Part shown: positions 1 to 15,003 of the stretch, one piece after another | Position numbering within the stretch: the first letter of the stretch is position 1 | How the letters are laid out: the number at the start of each line of letters is the position of its first letter | Origin: Phoronis australis | Taxonomy: Eukaryota > Animalia > Phoronida | Assembly (NCBI GenBank): GCA_002633005.1 | Contig: NMRA01000625.1 | Coordinates: 124,001 to 188,000 of the forward strand | DNA length: 64,000 nucleotides | Direction: 5' to 3' | Notes under the pieces: generated by a model | Told to the model about the DNA's origin: nothing | The model's database searches: none | The model's input: the letters and a program-made list of their open reading frames with translations, nothing else | Position numbers and translations under genes: made by a program

Positions 1-372
1 TTTAAATGTATGTAGTGTTTTAAAAGCACTTCAGATCTACTATAGAAACAAGCAAACAGAATTTCACTTGACCACCATATTGTGTCGTGTTTTTACAATA
101 TCTTTGGGAAGTAAAGTCATTTTCAACAAAGCTTTGCCATATTCAGGTGAGAAAACGACCACTTCTTACTCAAACGGTTTCACTGGCTCATGTGCATTCT
201 AATAGTACTGAACGTGAGTCCAAAAATTGGTGAAGGCATTTACGTGAGTGAATAGAGCATTAAGGTAAACATCCATCCCTGATTATGTTTTAACACCTAT
301 TTGATGCCAAGGCTGATTGTTTAATTTCCCAATCTATAGGGTTGATGCGTCAATGCTTTGGGGAGTTGCAGT

Positions 373-895
373 CAGTATGAATGGTTAACTCCGGTCCTGG
401 ATCGCAGTTAACAGCTCCAGTTAACATCGCAGTTAACAGGTGGATTTAATAGCGCAGCGTTGACGCTTCAGTGCAGTATGAACGCTTAACTCCTGTCCTG
501 GATCGCAGTTAACAGCTCCAGTTAACATCGCAGTTAACAGGTGGATTTAATAGCGCAGCGTTGACGCTTCAGTGCAGTATGAACGCTTAACTCCTGTCCT
601 GGATCGCAGTTAACAGCTCCAGTTAACATCGCAGTTAACAGGTGGATTTAATAGCGCAGCGTTGACGCTTCAGTGCAGTATGAACGCTTAACTCCTGTCC
701 TGGATCGCAGTTAACAGCTCCAGTTAACATCGCAGTTAACAGGTGGATTTAATAGCGCAGCGTTGACGCTTCAGTGCAGTATGAACGCTTAACTCCTGTC
801 CTGGATCGCAGTTAACAGCTCCAGTTAACATCGCAGTTAACAGGTGGATTTAATAGCGCAGCGTTGACGCTTCAGTGCAGTATGAACGCTTAACT
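373..895. repeat. Tandem array of a 101-bp unit (5 full copies plus an 18-bp partial)
   Basis: The unit CAGTATGAACGCTTAACTCCTGTCCTGGATCGCAGTTAACAGCTCCAGTTAACATCGCAGTTAACAGGTGGATTTAATAGCGCAGCGTTGACGCTTCAGTG starts at 373, 474, 575, 676, 777 and 878. Copies 2-5 look identical and copy 1 has a few substitutions. There is an internal CAGTTAACA sub-repeat and no spacers. Confidence 0.95.
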
Positions 896-1224
896 TCCGA
901 CCAATCGATGTTATCGCCAGGGTGCCACTGTTATCGTCAACAGTTACAGGGTAGTGCAGTCACCAATAGCTACTTATATTTTGCTCTAATAATGACCAAT
1001 CGATTTAAAAACAAGTTTAATGTCACTTAGCACATGTAAATGTTTCCATATTGAAACATCGAAAAACATCTTAGCATGCAGCGCTACCTTGCGATAACTT
1101 CGATGACGACAGCGGCACCAACCGCTTACTTTGATGTTCATTAACTACTGAAACCAGTATGAATGATCCAGCTAACTGCGCTGTTTACGTCGACGCTCCG
1201 CTCAGACAGTATGAAAGGGCCTTA
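896..1224. mobile_element. Probable right end of a non-autonomous DNA transposon (PIF/Harbinger-like terminus) hosting the tandem array
   Basis: The CAGTATGAA motif of the array recurs at 1156 and 1207 and ends in CAGTATGAAAGGGCC|TTA, which resembles a GGCCC-type TIR plus a TTA target site. No matching left TIR was found. Confidence 0.35.
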
Positions 1225-4200
1225 TGTGTCTAGATGAGTATAGAAATTGGGAGTCAGTTGCTTAAATTGTATACATATTCAATGTTAATCTTCAACAAGA
1301 CTGTGTAACCCAGGGAAAGGCAAACACAAACACAAACTCAGTTGTAATAATGTAACTGCATAAAAACACACAATACCTGTCAATGTCCATTCCTCTATTA
1401 ATTTTGANGACATAATCAAACTGTGCTCATCCTTGAAATTCAATCTTTATTCAAATGGCAGCAGTGTATCCTACCAGTAGTCAAATGAACTAATTCTAAA
1501 GTGATCTGCTTCACTTTTGCCCTGCAGCCATCCAGTGTGGCTGGGGAAGAATGAACCAAAATAGCCCAGCTTGTTATCAAATTAAACATCAGCTGACCAC
1601 AAAATGGACTTCCATTAACAATGTTCTTTTATTGGAACCACTGATTCATTTCCTAGAGATTTTTCACAGATTACTGGACACTGGCAAAACAGACCCTCAA
1701 CCTCTTAAATAGCTGTGTTGAGTTGTGTTACTACATGAAAGTATACTATTTTATTTAAAAATCATTAGAACTTAAAATCAGGTGGCGATACATGAGTTGA
1801 GTGACCCAAGAACTGCAAAACAGCATGTCGAAGAAAAAAACAACACTTTGTGAATCCACTAAAGAATAGATTAGCGAAGAGACAATTTATTGCCATTCTT
1901 TTTTTCTTCTGAAAATACTGTACTTGGTAACATGTGGAGATAACTCTAATCAGCTTTCCCTAAAAACCTTCGTGTTGGCTCATGAAGTACATAAATCAGC
2001 TGCTTCCATTACCTAGGGACTGCCTTAATATGAACTTTTTAAAAACAAAAACAAGAACATGTTACACCCAAAATATTTGTGGCGTTTTCATTGTTTTAAT
2101 AAAGTCATGCTGATGTCCATCAATGTCTTTTTAATGATGAACTAAAGGTGGTGTTTTCCACTACCTGTTTTAACGTGTCGCTGCGACCTGTTTAGCAGCA
2201 CTTACGACACGTTTGTATGGCCAGCGACTTGTTTAAAAAATATAGCGACCAGTTTGGAAACGGCATCGCCATCATTCAATGTTCTCCACAGACTGTTATG
2301 AACAATCACCCGTCATATTCGTAAGTTATATTATTGCATACCCTCTAGGATCTGCACCAATAGATACACGACAGTTCAAAAAAATAGTTTGAACTCAAGT
2401 ATTACAGCTGACAGGTAAGGGGCATCACCAGGGCCTGCCCGACTGGCGTGGAGTCCTACACCCAATTGTCCCACAACACACTGACTATGAGCTCATAGGG
2501 TAGGCATTTCCTGCTATCTCTTCACAACACAGCAGTCTGCTGAGGTTCATGATCCTCTGATAACATGGCCTATAGTGTAAACATTCAACTTCACAGCCAT
2601 TACCAGGGAGCAAAAGCCAGTGTTCTCTGCATTCTTGGTTTTCTAACATACCGTCTCTAAGCACTTCTAACTAGGACAGTACAAAGTGCTTCTGCAGTAC
2701 TCTCATCAATGATGGCTTGTGGTTGAAACAGGCTTTCACCTAGCACCACGTGCACTTGAGAACAATTTATAACAAATTTAAGTGCCCAAATACCATTTTT
2801 CATACCAACCAATGGTTTGATTGCAATACCATAATGACAATTTCAACATAGCCTCCATCAAATTGCATCCAACTTTGTGCAACATAAAAATATGCACAGC
2901 ACCAAACTACAGTTAAGGGCCAACAACCTCTGCCTATTGCCCAACTCTTCCATCTTTTGTGTTCAGGAAATGTTCGATGCGTGGGTCATGAAAGTCATCA
3001 CAAGATGGCGCTTCAAAAACATGATGCAGGCGTTTGAAGTATCATTAATATGGTCACTCGGATAATAAAAAATGAAATGTTCATTGTTATAAACATTTGA
3101 AAGAGTGTTATCAAATGATACCACAATACGTAGTACCATTGTTGACAGCGACACTATGACACTGCATCAAAGCTTCGATGCTCAACTGTTGCAAAAATTC
3201 TCCACTTTTTCACACAAAAATAATTGTCAAAATTGACATCAAGGCGTATTCCCTTGTTGTACATACAGGGAACTTATATCTAGTGGGGCCCCGCGTAACA
3301 TCTTATTTTTCTGACGAAGAATTTGACAAAATAAAATTTCACTTAAAATTTCACTTGACGGCCATATCGAGCGGTAAACAGTTGAAGAATCATCATAAAC
3401 GCTAGACGTACTCAAAGCTACGTTGACATCTAGCTTGGATCTAAGACTTAAGGTTAACCATTTGTACCAGACAATTAACATTTCTTCATTAGTGGTGATT
3501 TTTTGTTAATGGTAATGAGTTTATAAACACGTATAATTGAGTAACTTGATTTGAATCACTCATCAGTTGAGTTCAAGAAGCAAGAATGGTCGTTTTAATA
3601 TCAAGATCAACACTTCTTAACCAGGACTGTTATTTTACTTGTACACTATGGAATGCACCTTCTTTGAACACGATACAGTTTGTTTTCTGTTTTTTGACTT
3701 TTGTTTCCCCACCTTCAACCATTCAGTTACCCCACCAACTGGAAACTCAGTCACATACCTCCACAGCACTGGGGCATTTAGAGGAGAAATCAGGCATAAA
3801 TAGGAACAGAGGACAAACAGAGGCCTCTCAACTGGCCAACAAAGAAAGGGAGGGAAATATTTGTTGTCATTTCACCAGCACTGTTCTTAACCCAACCCAA
3901 ATAGGGTGGAATTCTATGATGGCTGTTGAAAGACTAAACACAACTACGAAACATGTTGAGATGGAGCAGAACAGACAAAGAGGTCTACTTTCCTGGCTTT
4001 TCCTGGCATCAGCTAAAAACAAACCCATGATATATTTCTACACCAGATGTTTCCATGTGAACATTTGCACTAGAACCATTGCAGTGATTTTCACCGGCGA
4101 CAGAAATTTCATTTTTCCTAAGAATTTACAGCACCAAATTAAAACTTTACCACGTTCAAGTTGTGTACATCTACGGTCACACAAAATTTCGAAAGCTTCT

Positions 4201-7200
4201 GTGCACTCACAACAATGTAAGAAGACCTTGCAAGTGAGAAAATGGTAGTTTTGGCAATTTAAGTTTGTCTGCAACTGGTGAGATTGTATTGCCTTGTCAC
4301 TATGAAACCTGACCAGTCCACTAAAGCCAAAAGAATGTTCAGCTACAACCAAGTTTTCAAATTTATTAGCCAATTTAGAGAACCTGCGCCACATTTGTTT
4401 CATTGAAGTTTTTGGGGTATAACCTTTCTAACCTAGTATGTTACATGACCGGTGACGGGCACTCAGAGCTAGTTTTGGTCACAAACATAAGTTTTGATTA
4501 GTTATTTTCTTTGTCAGAATCTGAATTCTACAAATATTTCTGCAGAAGACAAAATAAGGCGTGGCCACCAACACAATTTTAATGTGCAAGTTAAGAGTTG
4601 TCCCCAGTAAAGTTGTGTAATCACAGTGGGTCTGTGAAGAGTTTATGCACCAGTGAGGCAGGGCGTTGCTCTTAAAATTATTACTGCAGGATTGAAATGG
4701 ATTTTAAAGCTGTCATATGTGAGGAACATTTCAGGGTGGGCATACTCACACCTGCTGGTCACGAAAATTCTGTGCACATGGGTTTCCTGGCTAACAAAAC
4801 TTGATAGATCAGTTGTAAAACCTCGACTCCTCAGCAAGGAATATCAAGCGTTGGAACACTGACACAGAAAGGAACTGTTGTCAGCCGAGAGGTCCAAGTT
4901 ATACCTGAGTGTTCATCAAATGTATTATTAGCCAAAAATTTTTCTTGTTTCTTCCTTCGCATGCTACAAGTAACATTCCTCAAGCCATCGACATGAAATT
5001 CATTAACATTCATCTTGTTAATAGCTCGAGGTCTACAGTTTTAGGTTGGAATCAGACACAAGATGGCACTGCGGCAGCCATTTTTCAATATTTCGCTTTA
5101 CAGACCCATATAAGTCCACAGTCATTGCAGGGATTTTTCTGAATTTGATACAGGGATAAATCTTGTCGAGCGCTATCTGCAGTGTGCCATCCAGTTCTCG
5201 TTCCGATCTACTGTTATTCTAAGGTTTATTGGTTACTGACTGTTCTTTTATTGACTACGGTAATTCCTCGCTGCTCTTTTGTTGGTCTATCATTCTAGTG
5301 ATTACAAGTAACGTTTCTTAGTTATTGGCTTGACACAAAATTCATACACGACAATCATGAATACTCGAGACCTACTGCTTTAGTCGATTGCTCCACCTTA
5401 GCCAACATGGGCATTCTAATGCAATTCCTAAAACTTCTGTCATAATCACGCCCCTTTTGTCTCGAATAAGGCGCATAGCATTCAGATTGTAATACATTGA
5501 CAAATCAGGGCAAATGATCAACCACTATTCCCTCAGTCCTTCACTGTTCAAATAATACCAGCAAAATACAGGCCCCTATTTATGTCTTAAATCAGCCACC
5601 TTGGATGATTACAACTAATTACTATGAGTAGTGACATTTCATACCAGTACCATCAGCACATAAATTAGACAGCCTACTGATACAAAACAGACAAGAAACC
5701 ATCTCAGTTACAAATAGCCTGCATAGAAAATGATAGGCAGAGAAGCCGGGTTTTAGGGAAGAATGGTTTTTAATATTGAACAAGAACTCAAAAACAACAA
5801 GCCATACAACACATGGTTCAGCAGCACAATGTGCAGCACATATGTGCACCATAAGGCACCAGCTCGCACAACCTAACCTCAAGCTGAGTTTCCAATGGAA
5901 TCTCAAAGAATTGCAATCAAGACAAAGAAACTGAATTTTGCCCTGCGCGCCATCCAGGAATGCTGGACATGCAATAATAGCGCTTCTGGACTCGAATGAC
6001 CACTCTAGCTCGGCTGTCGTATGATACGCAAAAAGGTAGCTGAAATAATTTAATTTCAACCCGAATTCCTTGAAAATAATTCAAGACCCTGAAAACTATT
6101 GTCTTGATCAAGTGGAGATACATAATCTATGTATAAAGAACTCTGCTCAGCCGTGGTAACGCATGCTAACTCATTCTTACATGTGGAACAAAAGTCACGG
6201 GATGAGTTGATCTAATTTAGTTGCACTTACAAGACATTAGATTGCAAACTGAACCTGCAGTAGCCATTTACATGAAGACTGTCTGCACATGTTCGCATAA
6301 AGAAAAGTGAACGTCCAAATCTCGTGGTACGCCAGCAGATCACCAGTATATACGCTTTTGAGATGGCGAAACAAAGATGATCCTTTTCACCTTCCCCGGT
6401 TCCCCCAGTTTGTGTTGTTCACACTGGATCGATTAATCCAGTGCAGCTTGCTTAACCTTTCAAACCGGTGTCAAAAATGTCCATCTCGGTGTCGACTCAC
6501 TCCATGTCAGTTGTTACACACACTTGCTCCTGATCAGCAAGTTCCGTGTCAATTGTACCTCGTGTAAATATGGCTTTAGAATTTTATACCTCTAAAAGTA
6601 CAGCAGTCACAAATGATACTTTTAGAAAAAGGCGACATTTCATTATACACTTAAAACAAACGTCCACAAAGGCATCCCATAGGCATAACATTGCGATCAA
6701 TCACATGCGATCACCATAGGTGAAGAGAGCCTAACTAAGAAAAATCCCGTCGTTGGACTGTAGACTTCTCACAATAAGAAGGCAGATCTGCCGCCTGATT
6801 TGTTGTCGGCCAACATTAGAAAGCAGATCAGAAATCTAGACAGACGTTCACACATGAACTTTTTTCAGACTGCGCTTTAGACATCCAATCGTACATCATG
6901 TGAATGCTGTATAAGACTGCATGGACTAAAAACACACGCACAGCTCAAAACAGGCACAAAAACTAGAAATAACCACTTGCGCCTACACAGGATGCTCAGG
7001 TATATGTGTTTGAATGCAACAAATTTAGCAAAAAATTCTGTGTAAAAGTGCAAAAATTATATCGGATTTAGGCTCATGGGCTTCGTAAAGCATACATAGG
7101 ACGAAAATCCAGTTGCGTTAATGATAACTCAGGAAACAGTGCTCAAAGGATTTTTCAACACCTTATTCTGTTTCCTATGTGTAACCTATGCTTGGAATTC

Positions 7201-10200
7201 TGAACATGAAGTTAAGTAGCATAACAAATAATTTACATAACATGCATTCTGAGGTAATGCAGTCAATTGACAGACAAGTCTAAACCTTTCATGTCCATAA
7301 ATTCAATACATACTTTTTGGCACAAATTTCGCATGCCTGGGAGTGGGAGAAAACTCAAGGTGACATTAGCAAAGTGACGCCACCAGGAGGTGCCACAGGT
7401 AGCGCGACCACATTCACAATGATCAAGTCGGCGAATACCTTAGTGGCCTACTACATTCCGTTTTGGTTTGATAACAGAAACTGAATCGATGTATTACAAT
7501 GCGTGGTGTATATATCCATGAACTATATTGATTAACTTATAAAAAGTCCATAAGTTGATCATTGCATTATAATAATATGTCAGTCGTGTTACCATCTATT
7601 GTCCTTGAGATAAAAATGACTGTCTCTAATTTCACGCTCTTTCTGGGCTGAAGTTTCTCCAGTCATGTCCACACTGTACACTATGAGGTACCCTAGAACA
7701 ATTTGGCTAAGAGCAAGATGACCCCAGTCAGCAAAGGATCCACACTACACTTATAATATAATTGGATGTGAATGAAATCAATGTGCCCTGCCCCCACGAT
7801 GTCTAGCCAAACTCAGGCACTTCACACAGAGGGCTCTAATTTGAACGAACTCTGATTACAGGTTGGTAGTTGAATGAACATTTAAGTCTTGGGAGAACAT
7901 TGCCCTGACAAGCAGCGATAAGGCTTTAATTGAAATATCAAATTCAGGATTTCAACTGCCAGGAATAACTTGACCAGCCTGATAAATCCTGGGGGACAAA
8001 ATACACAGCCAGACAGCGACATACCACACCAATTTCAGAACCTGATATTGGATTGTTAGACCTCTGTGTGGACTCAAATTTCCAGCTAAACATTTAAAAT
8101 ATTCACCCCTGTTAAATTGGAAATAGGGAACCTGTCACGAAAAACACTGAGTCCACTCGGGACAGGACTGTATTACAAACTCTTTCCAAACGAAAAACTT
8201 GAATTGCGTGAAAACAAGAGCATGCATACAATTCCATGCAACAACCATTGAGTCCATATAAGCTATATTACAATATTATTACAATGTCTTCACAGCATTT
8301 CCATTAATGAATCGAAAACAAGTCGAGGAGGAACTAAAAGCAAAACAATAACTGACTTGTTCAGCATGTTTCGTTTCATATCAGCAAGTAAGTTACGGTA
8401 TGCAGTGTACATGCCAGGTCAATGGCACAGACTTAGCATTCCAAAACAGAGTATTGCTGAAAAAACGGCCAGAGTCATTCCCTACCGGACTGCAGTCCGC
8501 ACATTCTGCCCACAGATGGTCTCTTCAGATTCCGAGCTTCAGATCAGGGAAGTCCACATCTCACTGGTTCTCAAAAAACCAGGCCAAATTCCTCCAGCCA
8601 CAGTATCCCATCAACAAAATTGGTGCCAGAGTTCACATAGACACCAGCAACACAGCACACTCAGGCATACTCTGGTAAAGTTATTATGATAATTGGAGGC
8701 ATGAGGCCAAGGCAGTAGATAGTGTGAATATTATGCCAGCAAAGTGTTGCCATGGAAATATGAAGGTGAAAAATTCCCACCGACTTCACCTGGTTAATTT
8801 GGCCTCCCTACGCACACCCGAGGAGATTTTTACATGGGCTTGTGCAACAACAAACTGGTCTCATAGTTAGGAACACTACTCAGGCGAGTGGTCTTACAGC
8901 CAGTACCATGAAGAGTGATATACACAAGTGTAACAAAATAAATAATTGTTCTCGAATGATCAAACCAGAACTCCCAAAAGTACCAAAATTATACAGACAC
9001 CAACCAGTCGCTGTAGAAATCGATCAAAAGCAACCAATTAACCAATTAAGGTTTTGTTTTTCAAGCTGTGTTGTCTGAATCCAAAAAATGTTCAAGCATA
9101 TTTAATAACGGTAATGACTGCATTTTATCAAAGAAAATTTCCTTATTCAACAAAAAGTACATACACCTGAGCTGGGAGGCAGAACTACCAATGGTGCACT
9201 CAGAAGAGGAATTTGCTTAAACGAATATCAATTTCAGCAGAAAAGTTTATTTTTCAGGAAAATTCGTGATATTCACAAAACGATTTTAGAATTTGATAGT
9301 TGGATCTCAAAAAGACAGTGGCCTGAAATCAATCATAGAGAAATGTCTTAAGACATTTCAAAGACCAAGATAAGCAAGAAGACAACTAAGACATTTCAAA
9401 GACATCCTCAAGATAAGCACAAAAGCCTAAATCCAAAAATCACAAAGACCAGGTGCTTCAATGTTGAACCAAAGTTGTCATTGGGGATTTAATGGCTGAG
9501 ACAAATGAGTTGAAAACTGTCTCCAAAACCTGTTTGCATAGGATAGAGTTTCACCTGCCTAGACCTTGGCATGTCAACCTGATTTGGAATTAAGTCAGAT
9601 ATCAACAGTGACTTGGACACAAAAGCAGCTAACAATAGGTCCAAGATTAAAATATGACTTTGGCTGCTTAGTGTTTTTAGAAGAGATCAACTATACACAG
9701 GGCTGTGAACTGGGGACAATGTTATCAATCTTGGAAGCATGGCAGGTTGCTATTTCATTGAATTTATCAAACAACTTGCCAATACAGGGACAAAGAAAAC
9801 AGGAATTATGAAAACATTTTTGACCAGGACAGAAAATACATTTCTGCCAATTAAATTACTTCTGATTAAATAAATTCAATTGCATCTTAGCACAGGTGCT
9901 GTAATATTAGAGAAAGGGCCCTCCCTAACAAACAACCCATACTTTTCTCTCCTATGAACCAGTTTCTTAATGAACAGTGCTCTTTTGTGCAATTGCGTTC
10001 ATAACAATTGAGAGCAAAATATCAACTCGCCAAATGGGATCTGGCAAAATTCCCAGTTTGCCAAATTTCATATGAGCTCGCCAACACATTAGGAGGCCCC
10101 GTATGCGACAGTGCCGGCCCATCTCATTTTTGTTGAATGGAAAACAGGGCCTTCATACGGCATCTGTCAGATTCATAGGAGTTTGAAATTTGCAACTTGT

Positions 10201-12891
10201 GTGGCACTTGAAGAATCATTTCTTCAGCAAGTGACTTTTGGAAACTATACATTAATAACTACTTTTCAAAGTTGACATTTTCATACCTGTAGCTTTTGAA
10301 ATCTAATGAAAATTAAAGAAAGGAGTGTGTATACATGTATATGCATATAGCTAAATAAGACCTTCTATCTAGGATCTAGCTATTTAAACACCAGCATTGC
10401 AAAATTTATTGGAGGTCTCCAACAGCCTTTCAAAACTTTCACAGCCATGTCTCATCATGGTAATAGGATAGCTCCTGTCAACCAAGGTTATTTATGAAAG
10501 ATAAACAAAGACCACTCCAGCTTGCCATAGCAATCTGTAGGCAGGTCATATAGAACAGCAATGACAGACATGTTCTTTGCCTGCCAAATGCATACAATAG
10601 CCCCCTTTGTTTTTTGAGCCTACACTGTACACTGTCCAATACGTGACCATTGAAAGTGCATTAGAGCTCAGGGTTGCGTTCCGAAAACGCAACATTTGCA
10701 TGAAGCAACACTAGTGTGATCACATGCTTTGCTTATAATGAATGGCGCTATCTCGCTCCGTCCTGCATGGTCTTGCTTTCACAAGTTTCTTGGATCTACA
10801 GAACGCAGACCTTGGTCTGCACACCTTTTCCATTAAAAGCAGGTTGACCAACTTGTAACCAAACTCAAACGATGTACAAAACTTGGCCTGTGCCATTTAC
10901 CCAACAAGCCAGCCAAATAAGCTGATTTTTCATATTTACGCGACTGCAAGTCAGTTGAATAAGTTTTGTTATTTACTTGAGATGCATCCACCGTCTTCGC
11001 TAGTCACCATTTATTGAAAAAACATACCTAAAATAAATAATCTGATTTTTGTTAATCGCCCAAAAAATTTTCCAAATTGTCAATGGTCAAGATAATGTCA
11101 CAGCCATCAGCTATATAAGCAGAACTGTGAAGTCCCTGACTGACTCAGACACAACCTTTTAACTATCCACCAGACAACTTCAGTGTTCTCATTGGTCACA
11201 ACATAAGGCCACAGCCTAGTGGGGAAAAATAAACTGGTTTTTGCTACATCCCAAACTAAACTGGTTTTTGTTGTAGTTTGCAGTGGCGGTATTTACAGGT
11301 AGGTGTATCTTCAACTTAATGTTTTTTTCTATTACCCAACGTATAAAAAGTCAGCTACAATCCTCTAAACCCCTAGAGTCCTGAAGACTATCAGAAACAA
11401 AACACGCAGAAATCCCGGCCCAGACTCACCACCGAAACTCCTCACACATAACGGAGCATCAGATTCTTCACCCAGACATGAATTAAGTAGCGATTCAAAT
11501 TTCAGCTCATGTTTTTAAGTCTCCTTCACTCGAACCACGTATTTGTCAATTCCATTTTTCAAATTCAAGTCACCTAAACCTGTGGGGATATTAGCATGGT
11601 ATCTAAGTATCTCTTCTAAAAACTTCTAAAAAACAACTGCTCATCAAAATCAACAGATGGCATGTCAAAAACAACAATTTTATTGTAAAAACAATTTATC
11701 AGCTATGATCTTTAAAAGCCTGTCCAGTAAATTGCAAAATTCGAGTGCCAAAACTCAAGTCTAACACCATGGCATCTCCCATTACATTACTGCACTGTCT
11801 CCTGTCCTGCAGAGACATCAGAGTTTGACTGCTAGTTTTAGGGATTTCTACAAGGTGGCCCAGCTGATTTGGACTCTCCATTCAATATTTGTTTGCATGT
11901 CGTGACCTCCAGCGATTATTCTCATCTAAATGGAGTTAACCCTTCCCATTGCAGGGGAACCATACAACTCCGCCGTTTCATCCATCTAGGAATTTCAGTG
12001 GCTGTTTATGTCTGGCAATTACGCTTTCTCAATGACTGAAACTCCGCAAAACACGTGACCTACGGCGTTAATGAAAAAGCAACAGTAGTTGGCCTACAAA
12101 GTTATGTCACATGTATTGTCCAATGAGACGGTTAATAATTTGTAGGGTAATTAGCAAATAACCCTTTAAGTACAGGTGAATGGCATTCTAATGACTACAG
12201 CACAAATGGACAATCCGTCAGTCGGGCTTGTTTTGCAATAATTTTGTCCACGGAAGAGCCGTCAGTAAAATTTCCGTTGATAATCCTAACCACTCAATGC
12301 TACTAACGTAAGAAATGCGTGAACCTACAGTGCGGTACTATCTTTTTTCTCCCAGCTATAGACTAAAATGATACAGAACTCAGGTAAGATAAGGAAAGCA
12401 GTAATACAACACCTGCAGTTAAAAACATAACGGTACTTAGTGGTGGGTCACATGACAGCTCAGACATGTTCCTGGATTCATGACAATACAAAACAACAAC
12501 CTCACTATCTCTTCCACACAGTCTTACAACAAAACAGACACTTCAAAACTGGGGCCAGTTTCACATTCCGAAATTCTGGTGTGACCTTTGGCCCTAGATG
12601 TTGCCACGGAAACAATTAAGGGAACAATGAACCCTGCCAGGCTATCTCCAACTGCCACATTGTCTAGATGACGTTTCTGAGCAGGCAGATAAGACAACTG
12701 GCCTACACAAAACAATAACTACAAAGCTCCAGAGTACAAGTTCAGTTCCCGTCATTACGTTCATTACATTTTTACTAGAGTACGCAACATAGTTAGTCTT
12801 TTAAGCTTTTACGATGACACTGTAACACTGGGTTTTCTGCTAAGGGTCATTCACTAGCCAAGAGCAGGAAAAAATATGTTAACCACAGAAT

Positions 12892-12980
12892 AGACAATTT
12901 TAGCTGTTCCAAGTCAATTTGAAAGTGAATTCCCCGAAAAGACAATTTTAGCTGTTCCAAGTCAATTTGAAAGTGAATTC
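12892..12980. repeat. 41-bp direct duplication (period 48)
   Basis: AGACAATTTTAGCTGTTCCAAGTCAATTTGAAAGTGAATTC occurs at 12892-12932 and 12940-12980. Confidence 0.9.
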
Positions 12981-15003
12981 GAGACAAGGAAAATAAAAGT
13001 TGCCTTCTGGCTAGTTTTTGCTAAAGACATGACTAAATGAATGTTGTAATGAATGGAAATAAATAATCATAAAGTAAACTAAAGCATTTTCAGTATAAAA
13101 CACGCCTCAGTCGAACTTAGGCACACGTCTCCTCACCGGATCAGATCAACTCTGAGTATGTGCTCAGACATGTGCTGAGCATTGTAGATGAACGACAACG
13201 GAGTTCACGAAATAAACAGAACGTCTGTGAACCAAAGGCACTGTACTTGAAGTTTGTAAAAAAAAACATAAATTTCAAAGTGAATTACAGGTGAATTCTC
13301 ATTTAGTTATGACTCAAAAAATCTGGCGGCCTAATGGAGACATGGGATTTTTATAAAAACGACCATAATATCATCAGCGCCACCTGGTGAATTTCAAGTC
13401 GCCAATCGCCTTGAACAATAAAATCCGAAAGTGAAGAAACGTATTCAGATAAAGAGAAGTCATAAAGTGTCCAAAAATTTGCCAACTGAGTGACGAGAAA
13501 AATCGGTTCAAGCAATTATTTTTTTATTATGCTCTAGAGGACTTTAACTAGTATCTTTCGCTAAGTTTATCGGAGCATATAACAAACAGTTCATAATATT
13601 CAGGCCTTCTACATTCCTTCAAATCAAGCTGTGACATGAGGTAACCAGACACCCCCAGCCAACAAATCACCCTACAACATCATTAGCATCACACTGTATG
13701 TTTTTATTACAGTTGAGTCATCCATTGTTTGCTGCACACCACAAATACCAGATTTCATGGTACAGCCAGCAAAATTCAGTCTCCCCAGAATTATAAATTG
13801 CAAAAGACCACAACATATCATTGTATTCAACCCTACACTATAAGTAACACCACAGCCACTGCTGACAAACAACTGTTCCTTTGATACTGGGAGAATTGAA
13901 TAATGCAGTAAACTAAAGTCTGGGCTTTTGTTCAATCTGACTCACTGCAGTGACCTCATAATGGACAAATACATAATTAAATTATGATCTGAACACATCT
14001 GTTACTGAGAATGGAATTTGAAATGTGAATAAATATTATTGACATTACTCAGGACAGTTGTGGTGGTTTGCTGAACCGCCCTACTAGTACAGTTTGGCTA
14101 AAAAATGGTGAAATAATACATTTTCACACATACGTTCTGAAAGGCACGAACCAGCCAAGTCAAAGTAAGGGAGTCAGATCAGGATTATTGTTATTTTCCA
14201 AACAGGAAGACGATTTAATCCAGCCTTTACTTCAATATTTCCATCCGTATGTTACAGAAAACATCATATTTCAAAAAGTGGTACAAATGCGACCACTTAG
14301 TTCAGCATTGCTAGGGTAGACACCAATTGGCTACACTGTAAACAGCATGAACTTCGACACCAGTCCAAATCAACAAGTCTCTGAATTAAATCAATGTCTT
14401 CTTATTCAAGCCGGCACACTGCCAACCTCAATATTCTACAACTTCTGTTCTAGTGCAAGTCATTGTTTCATGAGGCCCACCAGTAGTCGCCCCATTCAAC
14501 TCAGATCTAGTTTCTCTGAAATTTTAAACACGACTCCTAAAAATCGACGACATATTTGAAAATTTGACAAACGCGATAGGTGCACCATGAAAATTTAAAT
14601 TACAAAACAGACAAGGTACACATATCACCAGTGATAAAGGTAACATTGAGACAGCTAAGGTATAATCCATGCGCCACTTAATTCAATATCTATCACAAAG
14701 GTAACTTAACAAGAGGCAGACAGGTCAAGGAAGCTTGCCTGAATAGTCGATGACTCATCGGGTAAGCCTCCCTCTGAACTTTTTAATTTGAACAAATAAT
14801 ATCAGACCATACTAAAAATGTCTGTAACCACGGAGGGCCTGTAACCATGGAGGGCGATGTCACAAGTTAGTTCACCAGAAAAGCATCACACATGCCAAGG
14901 GGCACACAAATTATGGTAGCCAATACAACTTTAATTGCACGACAACATAAACGTAACCACACATTTCATTCTCACTCAAACATTAAATACAACAAAAACT
15001 CAC

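Noticed and set aside
373-895. CRISPR-like array
   Set aside because: Units are contiguous and identical with no unique spacers; eukaryotic context; no cas genes.
3586-4248. 220-aa plus-strand ORF
   Set aside because: No recognisable domain or gene structure; lies antisense within the LIM-gene intron; probably chance.
6457-6484. Possible tiny alternative first exon (MDIFDTGLK, phase 1) for a LIM-only isoform
   Set aside because: Weak donor (GTTAAG) and no supporting evidence.
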